A stretch of 64,000 nt of DNA from the human T2T-CHM13v2.0 reference genome, Homo sapiens, in NCBI RefSeq assembly GCF_009914755.1, contig NC_060937.1. One strand, 5' to 3'. This document shows, piece after piece, positions 26,527-40,940 of this stretch (positions are counted from its first letter, which is position 1; the number at the start of each line of letters is the position of its first letter). The notes below the pieces were generated by a model. It saw nothing but the letters and a program-made list of their open reading frames with translations, did not search any database and was not told the DNA's origin. Position numbers and translations under genes: made by a program.

Positions 26527-28520
26527 AAAATGAAATGTAGCCATTTTTATATTATGAATGGTAGATAAATAGTTAATAATATCATTGTATGTCATGAGGA
26601 AACTAAGTAATAGGAGATCAAGAAAAAGAAGTTCCTGAAAGGCCTTATGGAAAAATACAGAAGAGTGTGGTGTAATGGAAGCTTAGAAAGCAAACAGCTT
26701 CAGGACAGAGGGGTGGCTAGCCACTTTCAACAAATACTATTAAAAGAACAGATTAGATAGGGAAATACAACTTCCCATAAAATTTAGCCTCATGGATAAA
26801 ACTGATGACATGAACACAAGCCAAAGAAATATTTAGCATACTTAACAACAGATTAGCAATATCACATATCAATCAAAATAGATACTGTGTTAGTCCCAAG
26901 GCAGGGTCTTGGAGGCCCCCTGCTATGCCAAGGATTATCCCAATAAGTGCTAGATTTGGAGGAGGTCTGATATGTTGAAAAAAGGACTTGGACAGCCCAC
27001 ACAGTGAGTAGGAACACAACAGCTCATAGCAGCAAATATTTACCAGTATGTAAGTCTCTTAATACTTCAGCCAAGTGTTAGGAATTTAGCAAAGTGTTTG
27101 TGGTAGCTGAATAACAAGTTTGGAATTAAGCAAACTCAGGAGAATGAAGGAGGTAGAAGCCAGATGAAAGTTAGTTACAGAGTGAATGAAATTTCATTTT
27201 CTGACAATATAGCAGACTAGATGTCATACAGATTATTAACAATATAAACATCATGTAACCATCTCCCAGATTACGAAATAGAACATTACCAATAGTTATG
27301 AAACTGTCCACTTGGCTACAAATATCACATATTCCTCCCCTTTCCACAATCTTTTTCTGAGTTGTGTGTTTCTTTTCCACATTCCCTTTTTAAATGTACT
27401 GTTTAATTTGTGTATATCCCTAAATAATAGTTTTTTAAAAATAATTCTGGGAGTAGAAAGAATACAGATTTTTAAGGCTTAATACAAACACAGTTATAAT
27501 GTGTAATTCTTTTAAAAAATTGTGTTACTTGAATTGACTTTCATTCTTCTTTGCTCAGGAAAATATTAGATTTGTCACACTATAACAGAGTAGATAATTC
27601 TTTTTTAATGTGACAATACTATACCCAAGTGGGCAAAAATTAGTTCTTGGGATAGAAAAAAATATTCTTCTTGTAATTAAAACACAGTATATGTATAGTA
27701 TTAAATTTTCATATTGGAGGAAATTAGAAAAAAATATGCTAAGGCTTCTTAGGTAAAAATGAGAAAAGTTTGAGACAATGAAGTAGATGAATAAAAGTAG
27801 GCAAATCAAAATTTAAGAAAAATACATGTGAGTTTGGAAATGGTATTTTAAAATGAAAAGGAAATAAGAAAGGAAAATCAGGAAAAACCAGGAGTGAAAG
27901 CTGTGTTGCAGGCCTAGTGGTCAGCCTCTTTGGACTAGAGTAAGGGGAAAGAACTGAGGATATCTGCCACTAAGACAAATAAAAGCAAAAAATGGCCTTA
28001 ATGACAAAATATATAAAGAGAAGAGAGTTAAGAAGAATTAATGTTACACATTTAGGAAAATTTACAACTTAAAACGTGAAGCCAAACTAATACAAAGTGA
28101 ATCAGGCAAGAGTTGAGGAATTACAGCATTTACAAATACTACTGGAAGAAAACAAAACAAAACAACTTAACTAGATGACACCATCTGGAAAAGAAAATAT
28201 TAATCTAAATGAAGAGTTGCATAGTATGCCAGCACTGGTAAAAGAAGGAGTAGCAATCTTTAAATTTATTTATATATACAACTGAGGCTAAACCAAATTG
28301 TGGACAAATAACCAGAAAGTATATGTTATAAAATCTAAGATACACAAAAATATTCTAACAAATATCCAAGGTTTAAAAAACTAGATGGCAAGAAGTGTAA
28401 TCTCACTATTTCCTAAATATTCAGTTAATAAGACAATTCCTATAATTTATTTTTAAATACATAATTATTTTTAAAAAATCAATGTTTCTTCTATCTCTCT
28501 AAGTATCTCTATTACAAGTT

Positions 28521-29640
28521 CTGTTATAACGCCAGAAAGATTCAATGTTATCTTCCACTATGACATCTGAAACCTTGAGAGGTGGCCTAGGTGCAAGCTC
28601 ACCTCTCCCATGCAGTCTTGTGGATGAAGAACCCGAGCCAAACAACCCTCCTTTTTATGAGGACCAAGCAGAGTGCCTGTTCACTGTGAAAAAGTGGGCC
28701 TCCTGAATATAGCACACTGATGGGTCTTGACTCTTTATCCAATTTGCCAGTCTGTGTCTTTTAATTGGAGCATTTAGCCCATTTACATTTAAGGTTAATA
28801 TTGTTATGTGTGAATTTGATCCTGTCATTATGATGTTAGCTGGTTATTTTGCTCGTTAGTTGATGCAGTTTCTTCCTAGCATTGATGGTCTTTACAATTT
28901 GGCATGTTTTTGCAGTGGCTGGTACCGGTTGTTCCTTTCCATGTTTAGTGCTTCCTTCAGGAGCTCTTGGAGGGTAGACGTGGTGGTGACAAAATCTCTC
29001 AGCATTTGCTTGTCTGTAAAGGATTTTATTTCTCCTTCACTTACGAAGCTTAGTTTGGCTGGATATGAAATTCTCATAGGTGGGAACTGAACAATGAGAA
29101 CACCTGGTCACAGGAAGGGGAACATCACACACGGGGGCCTGTTGTGGGGTGGGAGGAGGGGGGAGGGATGGCATTAGGAGATATAAATAATGTAAATGAC
29201 GAGTTAATGTGTGCAGCACACCAACATGGCACATGTATACATATGTAACAAACCTGCAGGTTGTGCACATGTACCCTAGAACTTAAAGTATTTTATATAT
29301 ATATATATATGAAAAAGTGGGCCTCAGCTCTCTGCCAGCCTGCTGAATTATTCCAAAAAGTCAATCATATTTTGAGGGGACAGGGAAACATCTAACTTCT
29401 TGTTACTATAAAGTTCCTGGCAGTCCACTCTGTTGCAGGCTGCAACTCCCATGTGGCCCTGCATGGCCATAACATCCTTCACTGCCTCCCCTAAGTCTAG
29501 GGCAGAAGTTCTGCCCTCTTTAACACGGTGAAGAGACGATAATCTAAACACAAGTTATGACTAATCAAATCGTCATGTTCATTCTATGCACTGGAGATAA
29601 ACATCTGTTTTGTTTATTGGCAAGATTTAAAGTACACGTC
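28521..29640 (+). mobile_element. ERVL LTR relic (MER74/MER54-like), split by an L1 insertion
   Basis: CTTGTTACTATAAAG...CACTCTGTT...TGCAACTCCCATGTGGCCCTGCATGGC resembles MER74; boundaries approximate. Confidence 0.55.
28703..29310 (+). mobile_element. 5'-inverted, internally deleted L1PA5/6-like insertion (twin priming)
   Basis: Antisense ORF1-end/ORF2-start (28703-29074) joined to sense 3'UTR (29073-29290); tail is now (TA)n; perfect TSD GAAAAAGTGGGCCTC 28688-28702 / 29311-29325. Confidence 0.93.
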
Positions 29641-29838
29641 ACATGTCTATTTCCCTCAAAATTGGAATAATGATGTCTTTATGAGAAAAAATGTCTTTTA
29701 TTCTCTTTTTGCCTAAGTGCTGAATATGAATAGCTAAGTGACTAAAAATATGATCTCATAATGTGGCCAGAAAGAAGTTTTTTCATTTCTTTTTATTAAG
29801 CCAGATTTTAATCCAAACATTAATTAGTTAAATAATTC

Positions 29839-30141
29839 TTTTTATTTTCTTGAGACAGGGTTTTGCTCTGTCTCTCAGGCTGGAGTGGAGTGACATGATC
29901 TCATCCCACTGCAGCCTCGATAGCCCTGTATCAAGTGGTCCTCCTGCCTCAGCTCCCCAAGTAGCTAGGGCTGCAGTCACACACCACTGTGGCAGACTAA
30001 AGTTTTTTTTTTTTTTTTTTTTTAAGAGACAGGGTTTCACCGTGTTGCTCTGTCTGGTCTCGAACTCCTTGGCTCAAACTATCAGCCCGCCTCAGCCACC
30101 CAAAGTGCTGGGATTACAGGGGTGAACCACTGCGCCTGGCC
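29839..30141 (-). mobile_element. AluJ full length
   Basis: Antisense Alu with J diagnostics (GAACTCCTTGGCTCAA), expanded T-rich linker, flanking TAAATAATT on both sides. Confidence 0.9.
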
Positions 30142-31250
30142 CAACTAAATAATTTTTTAAAACATCCTTTTAGAAGTTGGTCTGTATAAAATGAGTTTAT
30201 GTACAAAACATTTATTTCATTTTCTCCTAAAGCTTCATTTTATCTTAAATTATTAACAAAGTCCATAATTTTAATTTGAAATGGAATTAAAAGAAATGTC
30301 AGGCTAATAATTGTAATTATATATTTTCTATTTTATTGAAAGAGAAAAATATAGGTCTCTTTTCATGATAGGGTAGGGAGCAGATACTAAGAGACTGGGA
30401 AAGAGCAGAGGAGATTCCACATTATTGCAATTTTATTCATGAATTTCAAAAACCAAAACTAATAGAAAGGTTAAAGTGATTTCTTTCTAACAAGATTTTC
30501 TATTTGTGAGAGTCACTAAAGAAATGTTTCAATCTTAAGTAAGGACATTTTACAAAGAGTACAGAATTGATTTACTATGTGCCATTGATCTTGCTGTCAG
30601 TCAATCCTTTCACAAAACACAGAAGAAACAGGCCTTGTGAGACATACCAGTAGCAAATAAATTGATAATTAAAGTGTGGTTGGACACATAGGACCTCCAA
30701 ATGTAAGTGGGGTCACCAAGAGAACAATAGAGAGTGATTGATATCGTTTGCATTAGCATGCAATTTAGAAGGAAGAGGTTTGAATAAGGCATGCCCACAA
30801 GAATATAAATAGACAGATGTTAAAAAGGAGACACTAATCTTACAGACTCCATGCATTCCATAATTTAAATGAAGGACAATAATTTATAATATTATGTAGA
30901 GACAGGATTTCACAAGAAAGAAAAAAAATACTATGAAAATCAAATTGGTACATGCCAGACAACTGATATTATACTTCATATCCCAAACTGCAGAACTGTC
31001 TGTACTGCAAACTTATTCTGGGGTATTTCTGTACATTTACCATGGAATGTATGGAAAAACAGGTACTTGTTTTCCTACAGAGTGAGAATGGCATATGTAA
31101 ATCCCAATTTACATAATGTAAAAAAAAGTTGAAGACTGACAAGAGAGCAGCTAACTCTAATCGTAAGAGCATTTTGTTCATGAGTATTTTTGTACCTATA
31201 CTTTTATTGTAAAGTCTTGTAAAGACTTTACAATATTATTGACCAACATA

Positions 31251-31517
31251 ACTAACGATCAGGGAAATGCAAATCAAAACCACAATGTGATATCATCTTA
31301 CTTCTGCAAGACTGGCCATAATCAAAAAATCAAAAAACAGTAGATGTTGGCATGGATGTGGTTATCAGGGAACACTTCTACACTGCTGGTGGGAATGTAA
31401 ACTAGTGCAACCACTATGGAAAACAGTGTGGCGATTCCTCAAAGAACTAAAAGTAGAACCACCATTTGATCCAGCAATCCCACCACTGGGTATCTACCCA
31501 GAGGAAAAGATGTCATT
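31251..31517 (+). mobile_element. L1PB-type ORF2 C-terminal internal fragment
   Basis: [37 protein letters not shown]; no 3'UTR or poly(A). Confidence 0.85.
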
Positions 31518-31839
31518 TTTATTTTTTTCTATTGAGGTTTGCTATAATACTATGAGGTATCTTACCTTATATGTACTGGAATGTATCTTACCCTTTGGAG
31601 TGTGCCAGAGTATATAGCCCAAGTAGAATGGTTGCTTGTATCACAACATGGACTTGGCACAGTGCCCCTTGCTGTAATAGGTAAAACTGGAAGTTAGCAA
31701 GTTTGCTTGTCACTTTGTATTTATAACTAGATCAGAACAGTTTTATTATGTTCTGTGAAATATGCTGTGTCCAGAAGTCAAAGAGAACTTTCAGGTGTTG
31801 CTGTAAATACTTAGAGTCAAGTATAATAATCTGTTCTTT

Positions 31840-32810
<971 letters not shown>

Positions 32811-32902
32811 CTTCAAGTGAATGTGTGCCATGGCCTAAACTACTAGCCTCATCTGTAACATTTCACTAATATGGCAAAATCTTGACTCTTTATGAATCTC
32901 TC

Positions 32903-33116
32903 TTATTTTTGGAGACAGGGGTTGGAGAGACGGGGTTTCACTGTTGCCAAGGCTTGAATGAAGTGATACGATCATAGCTCATTGCACCCCTGAACACCTG
33001 AGCTCCAACAATCCACCTTCCTCAACCTCCTGGCTAGTGGGACTACAGGAATGTCCCACCACATCAAGCTAATTTTTAATTTATTGTGTAGAGATGAGGT
33101 TTCACTATATTGCCAG
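32903..33116 (-). mobile_element. AluJ, 5'-truncated
   Basis: GATCATAGCTCATTGCA...GGGACTACAGG...GTAGAGATGAGGTTTCACTATATTGCC. Confidence 0.8.
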
Positions 33117-35167
33117 TGCTCTGAATCTTTTTTATTTTTTATACTCCAGAACATACAATTTTTGAAAAGCCTTCCAATGAACTTTTCACTTTTGGCCAAT
33201 TAACATGGTGTCGTAAGACTCTCCAGACATTCAAATCCTTTTGAACCATATTTTGCAGAGCATAGGGCAGTTAACATAAACCTGAGTCAGGACTATAATA
33301 TATACTGTCTTTTGTTAATGTAAATTGCTTCTGGTCTTTGTTCCTGGTGAAATATTATAGAACACATTTGTTTGATAAATGACCTGTTACATATGTTTGA
33401 GTCCATGTTCTTCTGTTCTAGCAAATGTGTTATTACAGCTGCAATTAGGACTACTATTTGTTCATTTTTTCAGAAGTCTTATGTCATCTTCTAGTATCCA
33501 TCTTGGGTTTTGGGGACAACAGACAGGGATTAAATGGAGTCCTAATGGTTATCATGAATCCTGCCTCTGATGGATATATAAGGAGCCAATCATCACTGCC
33601 ATTTATCCTGAGACATTACCTTTGTTTACTATCTTGACCAGGATGAGAGAAGTATCATAAACTTTCATGTTGCCTTCCTACAACATGAATTCTTACTCTA
33701 CAAGCCAAGTAATCACGATGGAAACACGCATACTCCAAGTATATGCGCCACGCTTATACATTTGTGGACCACAAAGCTGAATACTGGCTGAGTTTCCAGA
33801 ACCAGATAATCTCCTATGAGCTTCACCTTAACCCGGATATGTTCCCAATCTAACATGGAGATTGGATATCTTTATATTAGGACAGTGAGGATAACAGAGA
33901 GAGTGTTTAATGTGTACTGTTTCAGTAACATTTGTTACAAACTGTCATCTCGTGCACATCTCAGATTCTTATTAAAGAGCTTCAATGGCACCTTGAGAAT
34001 AAGGATGACTCCAGATTTGTATAAAATCATTTATGATTGCATAATTTAAATTAGTTGTCAAACTTCTCCAATGACAACCTTCATTTACTTTTAGTCACTG
34101 TTGCTATTTCATGTCTAAATTTTAGGTTTATGCTTCAATTAGTTGTTTTTATTCTCTAAGTTTTCTATCTAGTTTCACTTTATATTCTTCACTTTCATTT
34201 TAAGCATATTGCAAAACCATGAGTAATCAAAATTTAAAAGATGTCACTGCTACTGGTATAATTATGAGAGTACACAGATGGCTTGCTAAGTAAAGAAAAG
34301 AAAAGAAAAAAAAATATTCCAGTAAAGCTACAAATGCTAACTTTCAACCTGGGAATCTTTTCCTCTGTAACATAAGTTCATTGCCAGAGAGTTGTATATG
34401 CAGAAATCATAATAACATCTGTAAAGGAGAATCAGAGGATTTTAACAAGAGACTGATATCCATAAGGTGTTGATACTCAAGTATAGTCATAGATCTCTTC
34501 TCCACTGAGGTAATTTCAAAAGTTTCCATTTGACATTAAAGTACATTTTATAGGAATCAATGTATTAAGCAGCAGGAACCAAACAGTACTGTTTTTAGCA
34601 GATAGTCTCAAGAAATATTTGGGATAATACAGCACAAATAGATTTGATTTTTAATTCTGAAATCATAATAATAATGACCGTAGATACAATGTCCTATGGA
34701 GCATTTAATGTATATGATCTTTGAAAAGGTTTTATAGTCTAACTTCAATAAATGTTTACTGTCTAGAGTCATGAGGGCTGAGTTCTACGTTTTTTATCAA
34801 ACTTGACCAAGCATATGCAAAAGCAATCTTTTGAGCTAGTTGATTTGGTCCTAAATTGCCTTCCTTTCCAATAATACACTCGTAAACCAAAATCATAAAT
34901 GATCTTCACAAGTGCAAATGTTATTTCAAAGAATAAACATTTACTCTTTAAAATTTAATCTTCTACCGTCTTCTTCTGCCATTTTTTAAAATTAAGTAGA
35001 AATAAGACGTGAGATGGATTTTGAAGTGAGATATGAAAGGCAAGGAGTTTTGATGTATGTGGGAAGTAGAGGAATGAAAGTAAATAATAATATGACTGAC
35101 AAGCATTATATTTTATAGCATTGTAAATGATAAACCATTTTCATAAAAGGTTTCATATTTACATAAA

Positions 35168-35243
35168 ACCTATATATATATTCAAAATTGAGACCTATAT
35201 ATATATGAATTCAAAATTCACCTATATATATAATATGTAGGTG

Positions 35244-35293
<50 letters not shown>

Positions 35294-35312
35294 CCTAGGT
35301 GAATTTTGAATT
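35168..35312. repeat. (TA)n tract with flanking direct and inverted repeats
   Basis: Pure TA run about 35246-35291; AATTCAAAATTCACCTA 35208-35224 is the exact reverse complement of TAGGTGAATTTTGAATT 35296-35312. Confidence 0.9.
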
Positions 35313-37789
35313 GTGCCTTCTCTCTTCTTTAATGGTAATTCAAATACAGATAGAAGCACAATAGAGATCCATCAGATGGTTGCCTCATAGCTAGTGAGTG
35401 TCATGGAATTTCGCCAAACCACTTTACATTTTTATGTAGCACAGATTGGTTTCACATAGTACTACATTAACTGTGTTAGTGATTATACGGAAAATGAAGT
35501 CATTCTGAACAAGTTACTCTAAAATAGCATAATAGTGTTTTGTGTATGCCCTTTCCCATGGCATATTTATGAGTGAGATGATTTTCTGATAAAGCAAATA
35601 TGCACCACTATTAAACAACTGAGGTTTCAGTGAAGATTCAAAAAGGAAGACTCCCCATTTTTTTTTTGTTTGTTTGTTTTGTTTTTTGTTTTTCTCTGCT
35701 AACTTGGCCATTACATCCGGTGGCTGCCATAAGGTATTTTGTAGTGCTTCATCAGAGTAGAATCAACCCAATACTTATACAATTTTCAAATCTCTCAAAA
35801 GAGGACCCAATCTTCTACTTCCAGATATATATTTTGGAGATACTGAGAAAAATGTACAGCCTATCAAACCCAGAAAAGTACGGGTTTAAGAAGAGTGATT
35901 ATCTTGTATTTTTTATTTATTTATTTATTTTTTTTACATGTTGCTAGACATATCCTGGAAGGTTGGGAAAAAGAATCTTGGGTTTATGTTTTATGAAGGG
36001 CCAAGATAATTTTCTTTGTCTGATCAAGTAACTTCTGATGAATGGCTTCAACAAAAATGCTTTCTTTTTTTAATAAGAAATCCATTTTAAATTACATGAA
36101 TTCCTTGAAAAGTAAACTTTTCAATCTTAATTTAGGTGTGATCACTTAGAAAAATGACCATTTAATGATAACAATCTATAAGTAGCTAAAAATTTACCAG
36201 ACACCCTCAAGAGTAAATTAGAATTCATTTGTTGAATAGTGTAAATGACCTTCGCAAGTAATTAGCTCCATCATACACATTCTTTATTCTAAAACATATT
36301 GGCCAATATTTGCATACATTTTTATAATCCTTCTTTTACCAGTGTTATGTTTAATATAGTCTTTTCCTAGTGTTTTAATATCACAGATAACCATATTCAC
36401 ATTGAATTTTGAATCCTCCAGTTTTATTCCATTATCGCCATAATATATCTCATACCCTTCAGCATTTCTCACTTATTTCCGTGCTCCCTAACTTTGTTTA
36501 ACCATGATATTACAAATGTCTCACAATTTTCTCTAGCTTTGTTATTATTCCTCACCTTCTTTATGCTAAAATCACACACCCTTTCCAATTGTTCTATTTC
36601 ATATGTTAGCCTTCCCATTTTTTTCCCATTGTTCCCTGCATTCTTTTTGTTGCAATTATTCATTTGCTTTGCCAGGGACTATCTCCATGAAAAGATTTAG
36701 GTTATGGCATCCTACATTTTTAGAAAGCTTTCTCCAATCATCGTTCTTCTGATAATTAGTACAAAACACTTACCAGCAACTTTCTCTGCTTTCTTGAGTC
36801 CTCAAAATGAATAATTTATGCAGCAGACATAGGAAGATTTTTGGGTTTTATCTAGCTCTTTTATGAACCAGAACTGCTATTCAGATACTACATTAACTAC
36901 CTAGTTAGAAATTTACCGCATAATTGAAAAGTGAAATGGAATCTCACAGGAAAAAATAATTTTTTTCCAAAGAATATTACATGATCAAACAAGAATTAAA
37001 GAAGACAAAAATTATAGGTATAGCCAAGTTAGCTTTATACTTTTTAAAGAACAACAGTGTTCCCTATTTTTAAAAGAAGCTATCTGCTACTGTTATGGAG
37101 AGGTTGCTTAAACTAATTATGTCTCTGGAAAAATAATGTGTATAGTCGGCTATATGTGGTGTTCTACCTATATCTGTTTCTTTTGCAACATATTCCCTTT
37201 CCTTTATAAGTCAGGTTTCAAATTCCACAAGATCATTCCTAAAAGATCACCCCTGAAGGAACCAAGCTCCGTGTGCTTCTAACAACGATAACCAGGGACT
37301 GGAGAACAGAAACATATAACAGAAGGAGAGAGTGTAACTTTGTTCATCGCTACCGCCACCCCATATGTGTGTATACATCCTCACATGCTCATACACAATA
37401 CTACCAAACATTAATTGGATGTAGAGAATTTTAAAAATTCGGTTAAGCTACAATTATCTTAGTACTTAAGAAGTAAGTAATAGTAATTGAACTTGAGTTT
37501 TCATTATATGTTTTGCAGGTAAATATATGCTAGGACAGGTTGGACTAAATATTTAAAAGGACAAGAAACAAAAATGAAATTATGCATTCTTAATTTTGAA
37601 AAATATATAAAAGTGTATGCAAATATTTGACATAATTATATATATAATTTGTGTATGTATACATAGATATATAGAGAGAGATATATACACACACACATTA
37701 ATTAAAATGGCCATTAAAAATAAAACACAGTAAGTAAACAAGTGGCAACTACCAAGTGAACACAAGGAGGCAGAAAACATTGCAAGCAG

Positions 37790-38040
37790 CAATGTTTAGA
37801 ATAATAGTTAAGAATATGGATTTCTAACCATACTGGTGGTCTTTTTGAGTGCTGAGTCACTAACTTTATTTCGAACCGATTTTATCAACATAAATTAACT
37901 TAGTAATTTTATCTTTAAAATGGAGATTTATAATAGCAATCAATTCATACTGCTCTTTTGAGCATTATATTTTTGTCATAATAACAATAAGAAAGCATTT
38001 AGCCTGCTGTCTGAATAAAGACAAAACCATTTTATTATTA
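37790..38040 (+). mobile_element. MIR relic
   Basis: ATAATAGTTAAGAATATGGATTT...TTTATCTTTAAAATGGAGAT...AAAGCATTTAGC. Confidence 0.6.
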
Positions 38041-40857
38041 ATAATATTTCTTGGGCCTTCTCTAAGCTGTCAGTCAAAATGATAATCATTATACAAAATT
38101 AAAATAAGGCATTGAGTTTTCTCAAAGAAATAGAGGGTTTAAAGATGAAGCACTATATTGTACAAGGTCTTTCACCTCAGAGAAGTGCCTTTGTCTTTTC
38201 CAGCAACCGGTGGAATCTAACACAATACATCACATGCAGTGGTACTACATCATTTCTTGTAGCATGAATGAACTCTTTCATATGAAAGCCAACCCAGGTT
38301 ACAAAGATTTATGCTTAATAGGAAGTGCTTTGAATAACAGGTTATCTGAAACAATGCAATTCAATAAAACTGCGTATTTTAAAAGGCATGAAATTTTATT
38401 GAAAACTGTGAATTAAGAGAGGGATGAGCACACATTAATAGGAAAAATACGCCATTCAACTCAGATTTTGGCCGTTGTTAAAAATATAACACTAAAAACA
38501 ATGTTACTCTAAGTTTTAAATAGTGGATAGAAAATCATGACAACCTGAACAAAAATGGGTAAAATGTATAAACTATGCTTTTTCTTCCAATAAAATTTAT
38601 AATCTGATACATGTTGATATTCACAATTCTAGACATTGTACGCAGTAATTAAAAAACATGGTAAGCATTTTCAAATAAATGACTGTGGTCAATGTTGACT
38701 TACATAACCAGATCTAATTTTAGTTGACTTTCTAGTATTCCAATTATATCGTAATTGACATTTCCTCAGATGTTGCATAGTGATTATTATTATGTTCCTA
38801 CTACTTCCCGTCTTCGATCTAAATGCAGACATATTCACAAATAAATCTACTTTTGTGTACAGAATTATTGATTTTAATTCCCTATTTGGTCCTCTCGGCT
38901 CATATTCCATGGTTTAGGGCTCTGGGATATATCATGACATTTATGTGTTCAAGCCCTTCCTTCTCTTCCAGGAGTCCTTGAGCAAGTATTTCTAACCTGG
39001 CCTCCCACCTTGGTGTCCAGATCTAGAACTCTTTAGATTTACCTTGTTAGAAGAAATTAAGGAGAAATCAAATCATAGCATGATTATTGTGTTTTCAGCG
39101 AAGGAGAGCAGCTTCAGTACAAATCAGTGTTTATTGTTTGGGAAAGAAACTCATGACATGAGATTGCACAAAAGAGATAAATCAATGCAGGTGAAGAGGA
39201 AGAAAAAGAATATTGTGCTAAAGGAGGTATACCCCCTTTTTCTTCAAATATCTGGATGTTTTACTATCATGACCAGTATAGGGCATTGTCCTACATTAGT
39301 AAAATTGGATAGCTATTACCATAATCTCTCTCTCCTCACAGGCACAATACATTTCCTGACATTAATTGAGACTTTTAAAATGTTTCAAAATGTTTAATTT
39401 TCAAACAAGAAAAAGAAATTGAAGTTAAAATATTTGTGGTCATTAACAGATGTAAGTTTTTTATTTTTCAAAACATAAACCTATATAACACCTTTAAAAA
39501 TATAGTTTACATATCTACAACACTCTTATATAACAAACAATTAAATGATGTTTATTATATTCTCAGAGTTGTGCATCCATCACCATAATCATTTCTGGGA
39601 CATTTTTACGACCCTAAATAAAAGCCCCATATCCAACAGTCAATCTCCATTCCAACCAACTACCTAATTCTAGGTAATTATTTATCTATTTTTTCTCTAT
39701 ATAGATTTTTCTACTCTGGATATTTAATATAAATTAAATTGCACCATATGAAATATTCTGTGACTGGCTTCTTTTATGTATCATAATGTATTGAGTGCTC
39801 ATCCCTATTGTAGTATGTATCAATACTTTATTTATTTTTATTGTTGAAAGATATCCTATTGGATGTATATTCACAATATTATTTACCCATTCATCACTTG
39901 ATGGGGAATTGATACATTTATATTACGTGGCTGTTATGAGCAATGCTGCTACGAACACTCACCTACAAGTTTTGTGAGACATGTTTTCCTTTGTCTTGGG
40001 AATTGTTTTACTGCTCACCGAGTGGTCAGGTTGTGCTGAAGGATAAAGTATAACATGAGTGCAGCCATAGTTAAAAGGCAGATAACTGCCACTCTGGGTA
40101 GAAACCAGTACATGATTTATGGTCACTGATAATAGACAACATGGCTTAGAGTAAGAGAGGAGAGAGAGTGTACAAGATCCGACTCTTTGCAGGCTGTTGG
40201 GCCCCCAGGGTCAGTAGACTGACTCTTCAGCCTACACAGGAAGCACAGCTACACACATCCTACTTTGTGATGAAGTAGAAGGAAATAGACCACTCTCCCA
40301 TGTGGTCTGAGATATGAAAATCTGGTGATGTGCCTGAAGGCCATTGACAGGTGGACATAAACAGGACAAAGAAGTACACACTGAGTCTGAAACAGGAAAA
40401 GATATTCCCACACAAGATGATAAACTCAGCACAATCTGTGTGGACTATCTATCTTGGTAAGGAAGTATTTCAGGCCCAAAATCCATTCTTATGTGGCCAA
40501 GCAGGAGTCAAAATACTGCATGCATAAAATTCTCTGCTGACAAGAAAATACATAGAAGTAAAATTGTTGCAACAATTTTACTCATTTGGTATATCATATG
40601 GTAAACTATGTTCAACAATTTGAGAAATTGCAAACAAATAAACAGAGAGACAGAATGCTTTACCTTAAGAACACAAAAAAAGAGGAGGATAGCCTCTTTG
40701 AATAGAAGTTTACTTTTATTTAACAGGGTAGTGGAGATTCTCACCAGGGCAACTGGGCAAAAAATACAAATACATGAGATCCAGACTGGAAAAGAAGAAT
40801 TAACATTATCTCCATTTACGTTGACATGACCTTGTATGTAGAAAATTCTAAAGAATC

Positions 40858-40940
40858 AAGAAGGAAGGCAGTAAGACAGGAAGGCAGGCAGAAGGGAGGG
40901 AGGGAGGGAGGGAAGGGAGGGAGGAAGGGACAAAGGCAGA
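40858..40940 (+). repeat. Purine-rich (GGAA/GGCA/GGGA)n tract
   Basis: AAGGAAGGCAG...GGGAGGGAGGGAGGGAGGGAAGGGAGGGAGG. Confidence 0.85.

Noticed and set aside
28860-29090. 76-aa ORF crossing the inversion junction and ending in IGGN
   Set aside because: Chance fusion of antisense L1 with the last ORF2 codons; non-ATG start and no expression evidence
40000-40510. Possible additional ERVL-type LTR inside the L1MB
   Set aside because: Composition suggests an insert, but I could not identify termini or family
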